From the NCBI GenBank assembly GCA_020722725.1, contig DYKG01000002.1, forward strand, positions 111,436 through 175,435: a stretch of DNA of 64,000 nucleotides, written 5' to 3'. Both the position numbers and the translations under genes were made by a program. Origin of the DNA: Candidatus Methylomirabilis sp. (GTDB lineage Bacteria > Muiribacteriota > Ozemobacteria > Ozemobacterales > Ozemobacteraceae). A model generated the notes under the pieces. The model was given only the letters and a program-made list of their open reading frames with translations. It did not search any database and was not told where the DNA came from. This document shows positions 49,008 through 58,330 of this stretch, piece by piece (position 1 is the stretch's first letter; each line of letters opens with the position of its first letter).

Positions 49008-52000
49008 ATGGAAAATAGAAAATCACTATTATTTTTTTTCTTCCTGCTCGTAATTTTTTCCGGTTGCAGTTTTTTCAACATTGGCGACGAAAGCCGGGTT
49101 GAGGAGTCAGAAGATGCAGGGACTCTGCTTTTTCGGAGTGATACAACCGGAAAGGATATGAACTTCAACAGCAATGATTTCAGCCTGATGGTTCCCGGCT
49201 CGTCAATTGCTTCCGGTAAAACTTTGCAGACCGTGAGTTTCTCAAGAGCAGGCCAATTTCCTGGCGCTGACGAATTCAGTCAAATTTCGCCAAGTTATCA
49301 GATCACCATTGAGCCATATTCGGAACTGATGCACCCTTCAGCACAACTGGGTTTAAACCCAGGTTCAGGATATCCCGAAGAGCAACTTTTTGCCTTTTCT
49401 TATTCAGATGCTGATGGCTGGCTGATTCATGGGCACAGCTTCAAGCAGGCTGACGGAAAGCTTGTTTTTTCCACTCCACTGCTCTCATCCTGGATGCTTG
49501 CTGCAAGAACGAACCCAAAACAGTTTTCTCCGGTCAGTGCTCCGGCCATCACGGCCTCGCCCGGTATTTTATTGACCGACACCCAGGGCTACCCGGCCGG
49601 CAGCATTTCAATTAACAGCCAATTTGCAACTTACCCGGGCAATTTTGTTTCAAACCATGGCCATTTCATGACCCTTCAATTACTGGCTCGAAAGGGTTTT
49701 TCAGTTAAGCTGACAAGCCCCGATGGCCAGAGCAGAAAAATCGATGCAGCTATTGACATACGGGGATTCTATAATGCAAGCATCGATGCATTGAACGACA
49801 ACTTCGTAAGCAGGGAACTTTCAGGCAATACCGCATCAACGACAGTAATAATCAGCTTTGAAGATCAAAAGACCGAAATATTGCCAGAATTCATTGTATT
49901 GAGAGCCATTGCGGGTTCGGTCTCCCGTCCAGGATTCACCAGATCAGCAGTCATACTTTTCAGTAAAGATGTTACAAAACCAGTTGAACCTCCAGTTGAA
50001 CCACCGGATGAACCACCGGTTAAGATTGTGCCTGCACTTGAGACAGCATTTCCGACACCCGGCAGCAAACTTTTCGACATAAATGATAATTTAAAATTTA
50101 CTTTTAATAAACCAATCGACCGGGCTAGTTTTCAAAAAGCTTTCAGTATTTTTCCCGCAACCGATCTGAGTTTGGTTAACTTCAAATGGAATGAATCAGG
50201 CTCTGAAGTCAGCATTGAAAATATGCTTCTACAAGGGGCGACAAATTACAGGATAGTTATTGGTAAAAGCCTTGTTGATCTTGATGGAAACAAACTGAAA
50301 CAAAATATTGAGATCGAGTTTTCAACACGAGAAACAGACCCGCCACAACTTCTGGATTTTTTTCCTGACAACGCTACCCTGCTCTCGGTCAATGGCAATC
50401 TGGTATTCAAATTCAACGAAAATATTGCCAGTGAAAGCTTCAAACTCAATGTTGTGCCAGAAGCCAATTTAGAATATTCTTTCAATGATAATCTGGTAAT
50501 AGTAAGCAACAAAAATGCCTGGTCGAACAATACCAGCTATCAGGTAACTTTGCTTCAGGGATTATCAGACCTTCTTGGAAACAAGACCAGCTCGAGTCAA
50601 GCCCTGAATTTCACTACTTCAGCTCTGATTGCGCCTCAAATAGTCAGCTTTGTACCTGTAAATGACAGTGTTGATCAGAAGGTCAGGCCCACAATAGAAT
50701 TTCACTTCGACCAGCCAATGAACAATGCCGTTGTCGAATCGGCCATTTCTTTTAAACCGGCGGCCTCACCCGTATATTCCTGGTCAGAAAAGGTTTTGAA
50801 GATCGAATTCAATCAGGATCTTGAATATGGACAAAATTATGAGATTACCATAAGCAACGATGCCGAATCAGCATCTGGCGCAAAACTTTCAAACAAATAC
50901 TTTTTTAAATTTACTACCATTAGCAGACCACAGATACTGGTTGAATCGGTTTTTCCAATGGAAAATGAACAGAATTTGGCTTCCGACAGTGTGATATTGG
51001 TTCCCTTCAATCGACCGATGAACAAATCTGTTACTGAAAGTGCCTTTTCTCTTATCGGTGATACAGGCAACTTAATCACCGGCAACTTCAGCTGGAACGG
51101 ATCGACCATGAATTTTACCCCTGCAGGCTTTTTAAAACCGGGTGGGAAATACAAAATTGCAGTCAGTGCTGAAGCTGAAGATAGTTATGGACACAAGCTT
51201 GGGCAGCAATTTTCTTCATTTTTTACCGTTGCTTTGAACGCTGAAACTTATATAACAGCTTTTGACCCGGCTGATGGCAGTCAGGCAGTATTGTTCGATC
51301 AGGTAATTAAAGTTTTCTTTTCAGGGCCGATAAAAAAAGAAACGTTTTCTTTTTCTATCGAACCATCAGTAGCGGGTCGCTTTCATACCAGCTGGAAAAA
51401 TAATGACCGGGAAGCATCTATTGCTTTCGAATCAGGTTTTATGGGAGCAACAAGCTATCAGTTAAAAATCGCTGAAAATGTGCAGGACATTTTTGACCGG
51501 AAAATAAACAACGGGTCGGTTTTGAATTTTAAAACTCAAACGGTGCTCAAGCCAAGGATTGCGTCTACCGAGCCTCAGGCTCAGACAACCGGGATTTTGC
51601 CAAATTCGAGCCTGCTGGTGAATTTCAGCGAGCCAATGGATCGAACCAGCACAGAAAATTCCATTTCTTTACATCCGGCGGCAGAACTGACTTTTTCATG
51701 GAGCAACGACGATTCAACGGTAAAAATAGATGCCTCTTCATTGCTTTCTTTTAACCAGAAATACTTTTTGATCGTAGGCTCAAGCGCGCTTAACCTCAAT
51801 GGCCAGAATCTGATAAAAGATTATCAGATAGAATTCACGACCAGGGCACAAACTTTTGTAAAGTCGCTCACGCCAGCATCAGGAGCGGCAGAAATAGGGA
51901 AAAGCGCATTTATAGAAGTTTTGTTTTCATCAGAACCTGATCAATCAATGGCTGAGTCGGCCTTTTTTGCAAGCCATGATTCAACAAAGATTTCCGGTTT

Positions 52001-54947
52001 TTTTTCATGGAACAGCAACCTGATGACGTTCAGGCCTGACAATGAATTTGGCTTTCAGCAGCAGATTATTGCAGGGTTTGACGGAAATATTAACGATCGA
52101 GATGGGTTACCGGTAATTCTTCCCGGCAACTGGAGCTTTTCAACCTTGAGCGAAGCACCACCCGAAATTACCAGTTCCAATCCCCACGAGGGGCAAACCG
52201 AAATTGGGCTCAATCCAGAAATTACCGTGCAGTTTTCCACAAAAATGGCCACCAGCACAGTAATCTTCAACATCACGCCTTCTCCAGGCAATTTTACCGG
52301 AACCTGGGATGAAGCCGGAAAAACATTGACCGTAAAAGGACTGTTTTTAAGCAGCAACACCAGTTATCAGCTGAATTTTTCCAGTGATAGCCAAAGCCTT
52401 GCCGGTAAAAAACTGTCCGGAACAACTTCGATCTCTTTCACCACCGCCTATTTTCCTGGCCCGTCAATCCTGAACACTGTTCCTGAAGGAGCTTCAGAAA
52501 ACATCAGCACGATTGCCAATGCGATTTTGAGATTTGACCGGTCAATAAACAAAGAATCAGCGGCAACGGCTATCAGCATCGCTCCTGCTGCGCCCTTTAA
52601 TCTTGAATTTTCTGATTCAGACCGGGAAATTGTGATTAAATTCGCCAGTCGCCTGCAAACTTCAACCACATATAAGATACAAATCAGTAATGATCTGGCT
52701 GACACAAACGGCCTGAAAATCGATGCCCCCTACTCTTTCACCTTTAATACAGAATCATCCCCGACAGTTACGCGGGTCACCCCCACAAACCTTGCTTCTG
52801 AAATAGCAACAACGACAAAAATAATATTAGACTTCAACAAAGAAATGGATGCGGCTGTAGCTCAAAGCTCTTTCAGACTGAGTTCTGAGTTTTCCACCAT
52901 CCCATGCTCTTTCGCCTGGGAAAATGGCCTTCGCCTTGTTTGCGCCCCGACAGAGCTGTTTCCCGGACGAGTTTATCAGGTTAGTCTAATAAACAATGCA
53001 GCCGACAAACACGGAAACATGCTGACCGAAAATTTTTCCTCGAGCTTTTCAACTATTGCTCCGCCAGCCTTCAATGCTCAGTTCATTCAGCCAACTAATG
53101 GGTTAACCAATGCACCATATGATCAGATCACGATCGCAAGCTTTTCAAATCCGGTAAGACCAGAAACTCTTCTGGCTTCATTTACTCCTGCCCCGCCTTC
53201 CGGATATAGCACCAGCTGGTCGACAGACAACAAGACTCTTTCGATAAAACCAAATGGAAATTTGAATGGCGGTCAGACCTATCAAATAAAAATTTTAAAA
53301 TCATTGCAGGATATTCATGGGTCTTCACTGGCCTCTGACCAGACTGTTACATTTACCACAGCCCCGGTTACAGCACCTGAAATTGTTCAAACACAACCGG
53401 CTGCGGGCAGCTTTGAAATACCTTTAGATCAATCGATTGTAATTACTTTTAATCATGAAATGGATATTTCCAGTACGGGAAATGCTTATTCTATTTCTCC
53501 GTCGGCGGGAGTGCCGGCATTTTCATGGTCTTCTGACCACAAAACCATGACGGTTTCATATCCTGACAATTTTTCCGATGCGACATCCTATCAGGTAAAA
53601 ATTGCATCTTCGGCTCGCGATATTAATCAAACTGCAATGTCAAACAATTATCTGCTGCCGTTTCAGACTATTGCCCGCCCGGAACTTATAATAAGCAAGC
53701 TATCGCCAGCCGATGGCGCAACGCAAATTGTCATTCAGACTCAGGTTAAAATGGTTTTTTCAAAAACCATGAACCTGCAGTCAGTAAAAAATGCCTTTTC
53801 AATGAAGGCAGGGTCAGATTTGGTTTCAGGCGATTTCACACAGAGCAGTCAGACGATTGTATTCACTCCATCTTCGGCTCTTCAATATGATCAGAGTTAC
53901 AGCCTGAACCTTAACTCTTCGGCATTTGACCTGAGTGGGAATTATATCAAAGCACCAGTCAACTGGTCGTTTAAAACTGCTCCCGAGCAGGGTAAAGAAT
54001 GGATTGAAGAGGTTAAGCAGACCACTGAAAACTCCATGTTTTCTTCGCGAGTAGACCATGTGATGATCAATTTAAAAGGTGATGCTTATGTTATCGGTGG
54101 TTTTGACGGCAACTATCTGAACGATGTCTGGAAATCATCGGACGGAAAAAACTGGGAATCAGTTCTTGAAGCCAATACCGGAGGGGGAACTTTTCAGTTT
54201 TCACCAAGGGCCGGCCATGCCTGCGTTGTGCACGGCGACGAAATCTGGTTGACCGGTGGATTTTATGAAAATGACATTGGCAAACAATATTTTGACGACG
54301 TATGGCACAGTGCCAACGGCATAAAGTGGGAAAAAGCAACTCCTTCAGCCGACTTTTACCAGCGTGCTTACCACAATATGGTAAGTTTTAACGGAAGTTT
54401 ATGGGTCGTTGCGGGTGAAACCCAGGATTCAGACGGAAACCCAGTGCTTCTGGACGAATGCTGGAAATCCGGCGATGGCATAAGCTGGACATTGATGTCG
54501 AAAATTGTGAGCTTTTTCCCGCGAAAGCGTGCAAGTAGCGTTTCTTTTGCGGGCAAAATGTGGGTTTTCGGTGGCTATGGCGGAGCAGAAGCAATCCCAG
54601 GTGCATTAAACGACATCTGGAATACAACCAATGGCGATGTCTGGCAGAAAGTCAGCAGCAGCAATGTTTTCACGCCGCGGTGCTGCATGGCCCAGGTTGT
54701 TTATTCCAACAAAATCTGGCTGATTGGCGGATCTTCATCTGATTCAAGCGGTATGACTCTATTCAATGACGTCTGGACAAGCTCTGACGGAATCAACTGG
54801 TTCGAAATTCTTGCCGGTTCGGCGGGATCTTTAACTCATTTTTCACCGAGAACTTTTTTGAAGGGTTGCGAATTGCCTGCTAAAATGCTGATCAGTGGAG
54901 GAGAAACCGCCGGTGGAAATACAAATGAAGTCTGGTCGTCACAATGA
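49008..54947 (+). CDS. 1979-aa surface lipoprotein with about 13 Big_5/SbsA-type Ig-like repeats and a C-terminal Kelch-like propeller
   Basis: Lipobox IFSGC; repeated P.I....P.....V......I...F...MD...W......L.....Y.....D..G..L......FTT units; C-terminal R..H...IWL.GG...NDVW.S.DG..W repeats. Confidence 0.88.
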   Translation: MENRKSLLFFFFLLVIFSGCSFFNIGDESRVEESEDAGTLLFRSDTTGKDMNFNSNDFSLMVPGSSIASGKTLQTVSFSRAGQFPGADEFSQISPSYQITIEPYSELMHPSAQLGLNPGSGYPEEQLFAFSYSDADGWLIHGHSFKQADGKLVFSTPLLSSWMLAARTNPKQFSPVSAPAITASPGILLTDTQGYPAGSISINSQFATYPGNFVSNHGHFMTLQLLARKGFSVKLTSPDGQSRKIDAAIDIRGFYNASIDALNDNFVSRELSGNTASTTVIISFEDQKTEILPEFIVLRAIAGSVSRPGFTRSAVILFSKDVTKPVEPPVEPPDEPPVKIVPALETAFPTPGSKLFDINDNLKFTFNKPIDRASFQKAFSIFPATDLSLVNFKWNESGSEVSIENMLLQGATNYRIVIGKSLVDLDGNKLKQNIEIEFSTRETDPPQLLDFFPDNATLLSVNGNLVFKFNENIASESFKLNVVPEANLEYSFNDNLVIVSNKNAWSNNTSYQVTLLQGLSDLLGNKTSSSQALNFTTSALIAPQIVSFVPVNDSVDQKVRPTIEFHFDQPMNNAVVESAISFKPAASPVYSWSEKVLKIEFNQDLEYGQNYEITISNDAESASGAKLSNKYFFKFTTISRPQILVESVFPMENEQNLASDSVILVPFNRPMNKSVTESAFSLIGDTGNLITGNFSWNGSTMNFTPAGFLKPGGKYKIAVSAEAEDSYGHKLGQQFSSFFTVALNAETYITAFDPADGSQAVLFDQVIKVFFSGPIKKETFSFSIEPSVAGRFHTSWKNNDREASIAFESGFMGATSYQLKIAENVQDIFDRKINNGSVLNFKTQTVLKPRIASTEPQAQTTGILPNSSLLVNFSEPMDRTSTENSISLHPAAELTFSWSNDDSTVKIDASSLLSFNQKYFLIVGSSALNLNGQNLIKDYQIEFTTRAQTFVKSLTPASGAAEIGKSAFIEVLFSSEPDQSMAESAFFASHDSTKISGFFSWNSNLMTFRPDNEFGFQQQIIAGFDGNINDRDGLPVILPGNWSFSTLSEAPPEITSSNPHEGQTEIGLNPEITVQFSTKMATSTVIFNITPSPGNFTGTWDEAGKTLTVKGLFLSSNTSYQLNFSSDSQSLAGKKLSGTTSISFTTAYFPGPSILNTVPEGASENISTIANAILRFDRSINKESAATAISIAPAAPFNLEFSDSDREIVIKFASRLQTSTTYKIQISNDLADTNGLKIDAPYSFTFNTESSPTVTRVTPTNLASEIATTTKIILDFNKEMDAAVAQSSFRLSSEFSTIPCSFAWENGLRLVCAPTELFPGRVYQVSLINNAADKHGNMLTENFSSSFSTIAPPAFNAQFIQPTNGLTNAPYDQITIASFSNPVRPETLLASFTPAPPSGYSTSWSTDNKTLSIKPNGNLNGGQTYQIKILKSLQDIHGSSLASDQTVTFTTAPVTAPEIVQTQPAAGSFEIPLDQSIVITFNHEMDISSTGNAYSISPSAGVPAFSWSSDHKTMTVSYPDNFSDATSYQVKIASSARDINQTAMSNNYLLPFQTIARPELIISKLSPADGATQIVIQTQVKMVFSKTMNLQSVKNAFSMKAGSDLVSGDFTQSSQTIVFTPSSALQYDQSYSLNLNSSAFDLSGNYIKAPVNWSFKTAPEQGKEWIEEVKQTTENSMFSSRVDHVMINLKGDAYVIGGFDGNYLNDVWKSSDGKNWESVLEANTGGGTFQFSPRAGHACVVHGDEIWLTGGFYENDIGKQYFDDVWHSANGIKWEKATPSADFYQRAYHNMVSFNGSLWVVAGETQDSDGNPVLLDECWKSGDGISWTLMSKIVSFFPRKRASSVSFAGKMWVFGGYGGAEAIPGALNDIWNTTNGDVWQKVSSSNVFTPRCCMAQVVYSNKIWLIGGSSSDSSGMTLFNDVWTSSDGINWFEILAGSAGSLTHFSPRTFLKGCELPAKMLISGGETAGGNTNEVWSSQ

Positions 54948-55049
54948 ACTTAGAAAGTAAACCTGGAGAATTTCAGGATCCAATCCCAATTTCCAGCCTC
55001 GACAGCCCGAATAGCATTGAAGTAATGACCAATCAGCCGACTTATTTTA

Positions 55050-55225
55050 AAACAGGTCCTGCATTAAACCACAAGAAAATATGGTGGAAGCAGGCTTGGC
55101 TTAAACATCGTAAAAAAACAGTTGAGGAACTGAATGGCAAAATTGGGGTTGAAAGCTCCCCCGGCAAGGGAACCACATTTGAGGTTTTCCTGCCGGAGAT
55201 TATCAACGAGGAAACCCAAGCATGA
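55050..55225 (+). pseudogene. Degraded histidine-kinase HATPase_c remnant
   Basis: One frame reads KQVLH*TTRKYGGSRLGLNIVKK; after a shift in the A7 run (55112-55118) it continues [26 protein letters not shown], matching the G2 box and C-terminus. Confidence 0.75.
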
Positions 55226-55683
55226 CAAGCATTTCAAACAAATCAGTGCAAATTTATTCCGATGGAGCCTGCAGTGGCAATCCAGGGCCAGGTGGCTGGG
55301 GTGCAATTCTGCGTTATAAAGGTCATGAAAAAGAGATCAGTGGCGGTGAAAAAGAAACTACCAATAACCGCATGGAGCTTCTGGCGGTTATAAATGCCCT
55401 TGAATGTCTCAAAGAGCCCTGTACCGTAGAAATCTGCACCGACAGCCAGTATATTTCAAATGCTTTTGAAAAAGGCTGGCTTGAAAGCTGGCAGAAAAAT
55501 GGCTGGAAAACTTCGGCGAAAAAGCCGGTAAAGAATCAGGAATTGTGGCAAAGACTGCTGGTTCAGGCAAACAAGCATCAATTGAGCTGGAAGTGGGTTA
55601 AAGGGCATTGCGGCCACCCTGAGAATGAGAGATGCGACGAACTGGCGGTTGCCGCCAGAGACAAGGCGGCAGCCGAAAGGTGA
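55222..55683 (+). CDS. rnhA: Ribonuclease HI
   Basis: [36 protein letters not shown] and [17 protein letters not shown] motifs. Confidence 0.97.
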   Translation: MTSISNKSVQIYSDGACSGNPGPGGWGAILRYKGHEKEISGGEKETTNNRMELLAVINALECLKEPCTVEICTDSQYISNAFEKGWLESWQKNGWKTSAKKPVKNQELWQRLLVQANKHQLSWKWVKGHCGHPENERCDELAVAARDKAAAER

Positions 55684-57083
55684 AGCAATTTTTTCGGGCA
55701 TTAGTTTTCATTCTTGCCATCAGCGGAACGCTGCAGGCTCAAGACCCGCTGTCAATACTTGAACAACTGCCGCCCCCGGAAGTTGAATACCCGAAGGCTC
55801 CTGCGAAATCATATCCGCCGTTAGAAATTGACCAGGCTGATGACGAAGATTATGCAGCAGAGGTTGCACCAGTAAATGCCCCACCCCTGCCACCACCAAA
55901 AATTGACACAAAAAAGCTGATTGAACAAAACACACCCAGAGTGGTTAAAAGTCTTTCGAACCTGATAAAAAACATTTCTCAACCTGAAGCATCAAAAACT
56001 GCTGTAATTGCCAGTTCCCCACAAGTTATGGCCGCCAATGCCAACCGCAAAAAAACTGCGAAACCTCTTACTGACGCCAAAGAAAAGAAAGTAAAAATCA
56101 GCAAGCCATTGCCAATTCAAACTCAAGTTTATCAGGCGCTCAAAACCCTGAGAAAAAATCCTTTGATAGATGAATGGGATATCGCCTTAAAGAAAGATTA
56201 TCAGCTTTTTCTTGATGCCATCGCACTAAGTCAGAAAATGTCAGCAAAAAATGCCGATTCAGAAGAACCGGTTGATGGAAAAGAGGTCAGCGAAACTGAA
56301 GATGGGCAGGAAAAGGGAAAATCATTTGATTCGGTTTTCGCAAAGATTGCAGGTTTGAAAAAAAGCGAGAAATGGAAAGATATTGCCAATCTTCTGAAAG
56401 ACAACCCGGAAGCGGCAGAGACTCCCGAAGGGCTTGAGCTTTCAATCGAAGCGAATTTAAGCCTGGAAAAACCCAATACAATGGCAGCAAAACGATCAGC
56501 AGACGCTCTTCTGAAAAAAGACAAGCAAAATGGCTGGGCCAATTATGCAATGGCGCTGCATTTTTATAATGCAAAAAAACCCAATACCGCAAAGGCTTCA
56601 ACCCATCTTGATCTTGCGTTAAAAGCCAAAAATCCGCCGGCGGGGGCATCAAAACTCTACTGGAGTATGATGCTGAAAAAAATAGCCCCAGTCGTGCTAA
56701 TTTTACTCGCAGGCATTATTGGGGGAATAAACCAGATAATCAAGAAGAAAAAAGCGGCCCGGGCATTGCTTGAAGGAGAAGGGCAAGCTCAACCAGAGCA
56801 GATACCGGCCGAAGCTCCAGTATCCGGTCTTGCCGCTAAATTAAAATCTTTGTTTGAAAAATTGGCACCCTTGCTCCAGAAATTCCAGAAAAAAAAGACG
56901 GTTGCACCAGAAATTGAGACAACTCCATCAACCGCTGAGCCGATTGCTGAGTTGCCAGAGGCGAATCCGGCTCAAATAGAAGAACCTATAGAGCAGCAGA
57001 AGTCACCAGAACCAGCTGTGGCTGACCAACCGGTTGCGAACGAATCAGAATCCCAGCAGTCTACTGATCAGGTTCAGCCATAA
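55680..57083 (+). CDS. Hypothetical membrane protein (signal peptide, helical domain, TM, Pro/Glu-rich tail)
   Basis: GTG at 55680 overlaps the rnhA stop; signal peptide ending LQA-QD; one TM near the C-terminus. Confidence 0.7.
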   Translation: MKQFFRALVFILAISGTLQAQDPLSILEQLPPPEVEYPKAPAKSYPPLEIDQADDEDYAAEVAPVNAPPLPPPKIDTKKLIEQNTPRVVKSLSNLIKNISQPEASKTAVIASSPQVMAANANRKKTAKPLTDAKEKKVKISKPLPIQTQVYQALKTLRKNPLIDEWDIALKKDYQLFLDAIALSQKMSAKNADSEEPVDGKEVSETEDGQEKGKSFDSVFAKIAGLKKSEKWKDIANLLKDNPEAAETPEGLELSIEANLSLEKPNTMAAKRSADALLKKDKQNGWANYAMALHFYNAKKPNTAKASTHLDLALKAKNPPAGASKLYWSMMLKKIAPVVLILLAGIIGGINQIIKKKKAARALLEGEGQAQPEQIPAEAPVSGLAAKLKSLFEKLAPLLQKFQKKKTVAPEIETTPSTAEPIAELPEANPAQIEEPIEQQKSPEPAVADQPVANESESQQSTDQVQP

Positions 57084-57118
57084 AGAATCAAAAAAAGCTC
57101 AAGGGTGCTAAAATGAAA

Positions 57119-57146
57119 CGGCGGCACAGAGGAATCTGTGCCGCCG
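57119..57146. terminator. Terminator between convergent genes
   Basis: CGGCGGCACAGA-GGAA-TCTGTGCCGCCG perfect 12-bp stem. Confidence 0.8.
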
Positions 57147-57166
57147 CAGCGTTTTAAAACTGGTGT

Positions 57167-57343
57167 TTACTTTTTGCGGTAAACGTTCAGACCGATTTTT
57201 TCTTCTCGGCCAGGGAGAGCATAATTGCCTTCTGTTGACGCAACAATTACCGACTTACCTGAAGAAGATGCACCAAAATCTTTGGTAAGATCAACTTTAA
57301 TGGTAAGAATGTTGCCTTCTACATTCATTTCAACGTTTTTCAT
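57167..57343 (-). CDS. Small hypothetical protein (58 aa; missed by the ORF track)
   Basis: AGGAGG RBS; MKNVEMNVEGNILTIKVDLTKDFGASSSGKSVIVASTEGNYALPGREEKIGLNVYRKK*; followed by the terminator. Confidence 0.85.
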   Translation of the reverse strand: MKNVEMNVEGNILTIKVDLTKDFGASSSGKSVIVASTEGNYALPGREEKIGLNVYRKK

Positions 57344-57447
57344 GCGTTCCTCCTGTAAAATTTGCTCCTGCTAAGTCAGGCAAGGGTATCACAAATCCAC
57401 AAGCATTTCCACTTTAAATTGCGGGAATGCTCTGAATCATGAATTGA

Positions 57448-58221
57448 TCAATCTTTTGGAATTCTCAGAGTCATGCCGACTTTGAGAAGTTTGGGATTGG
57501 TGATGCCGTTTGACTGAGCAATCTTTTTCCAGTTAGCGGTGGTGCCGTAGATTTTTTTGCTGATTTTGCCGAGGGTATCACCTGAAACAACAACGTATTC
57601 GGTAAATTCAGGTTCTTCAACATTGGCAGAAACTTCGTCAACCGGTTCTTCATTTACATGTTCATCATTTACATGTTCTTCATTTACATGTTCATCATTT
57701 ACATGTTCATCAGCCGGGACTGCAGCCGGAGCCGGTTCTTCTTCGTAAGCCTGGGGAGCCGGTTCTTCCTGGACTGGTTCTGGTTCAAGAACCGGTTCGG
57801 GTTCGATGTATGGTTCAGGTTCCTGGTTTGCAACAGGTTCTTCATTGCCGACAGAAACTTCTTTTGGGGTAACGATTTCTTCTTCAAGAACCTTGAAGCT
57901 TCTTACCTGCAGAGCACCGGTCGGATATTTCTGATCAGGCTTGAATACGTTTCCGAATACTCTGATCTTGACGGCTCTATTTTCTGCAATTTTTGCAACC
58001 TGATCACCGATCAGGTTGATCATCTGACCATCGAGAGTTCTGAAAACAACTTTGTTATCAGCAACAGAGTCAATTACACCGGTAACCGTGGTTGAGCGCT
58101 GCTTTTTGCCGAACCATTCACCCGGTTTCCACCAGTCAGTCCATTTGCTTTTGGCAAATACGCCGCATGGCAGAGAAAGCATGGCCAGAACAACTACGAA
58201 ACTGATAAGTCTTTTCCTCAT
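57448..58221 (-). CDS. Secreted LysM-domain protein
   Basis: Signal peptide, OB-like N domain, acidic Pro-rich linker, then YVVVSGDTLGKISKKIYG...WKKIA..NGITNP.LLKVGMTLRIP. Confidence 0.9.
   Translation of the reverse strand: MRKRLISFVVVLAMLSLPCGVFAKSKWTDWWKPGEWFGKKQRSTTVTGVIDSVADNKVVFRTLDGQMINLIGDQVAKIAENRAVKIRVFGNVFKPDQKYPTGALQVRSFKVLEEEIVTPKEVSVGNEEPVANQEPEPYIEPEPVLEPEPVQEEPAPQAYEEEPAPAAVPADEHVNDEHVNEEHVNDEHVNEEPVDEVSANVEEPEFTEYVVVSGDTLGKISKKIYGTTANWKKIAQSNGITNPKLLKVGMTLRIPKD
57646..57711. repeat. 15-bp coding tandem repeat (about 4.4 copies, 30-bp higher-order unit)
   Basis: TTC(T/A)TCATTTACATG x4 plus a partial copy; encodes (HVN[DE]E)n in the LysM protein linker. Confidence 0.9.
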
Positions 58222-58330
58222 AATCGGATAAAGCCCCCTGTGATAGATAGAATTCCTATGTTCAGGAATGTATAACTTTCACAAAACATTTTCAAGAGGG
58301 AATTTGAAAAAACTTGTAAGAATCAAGAAT

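Noticed and set aside
54944-55225. 93-aa ORF as an intact gene
   Set aside because: Better explained as a frameshifted kinase remnant.
57646-57711. Short direct repeats as a CRISPR array
   Set aside because: Contiguous 15-bp units with no spacers, in frame within a CDS, and no cas genes in the window.
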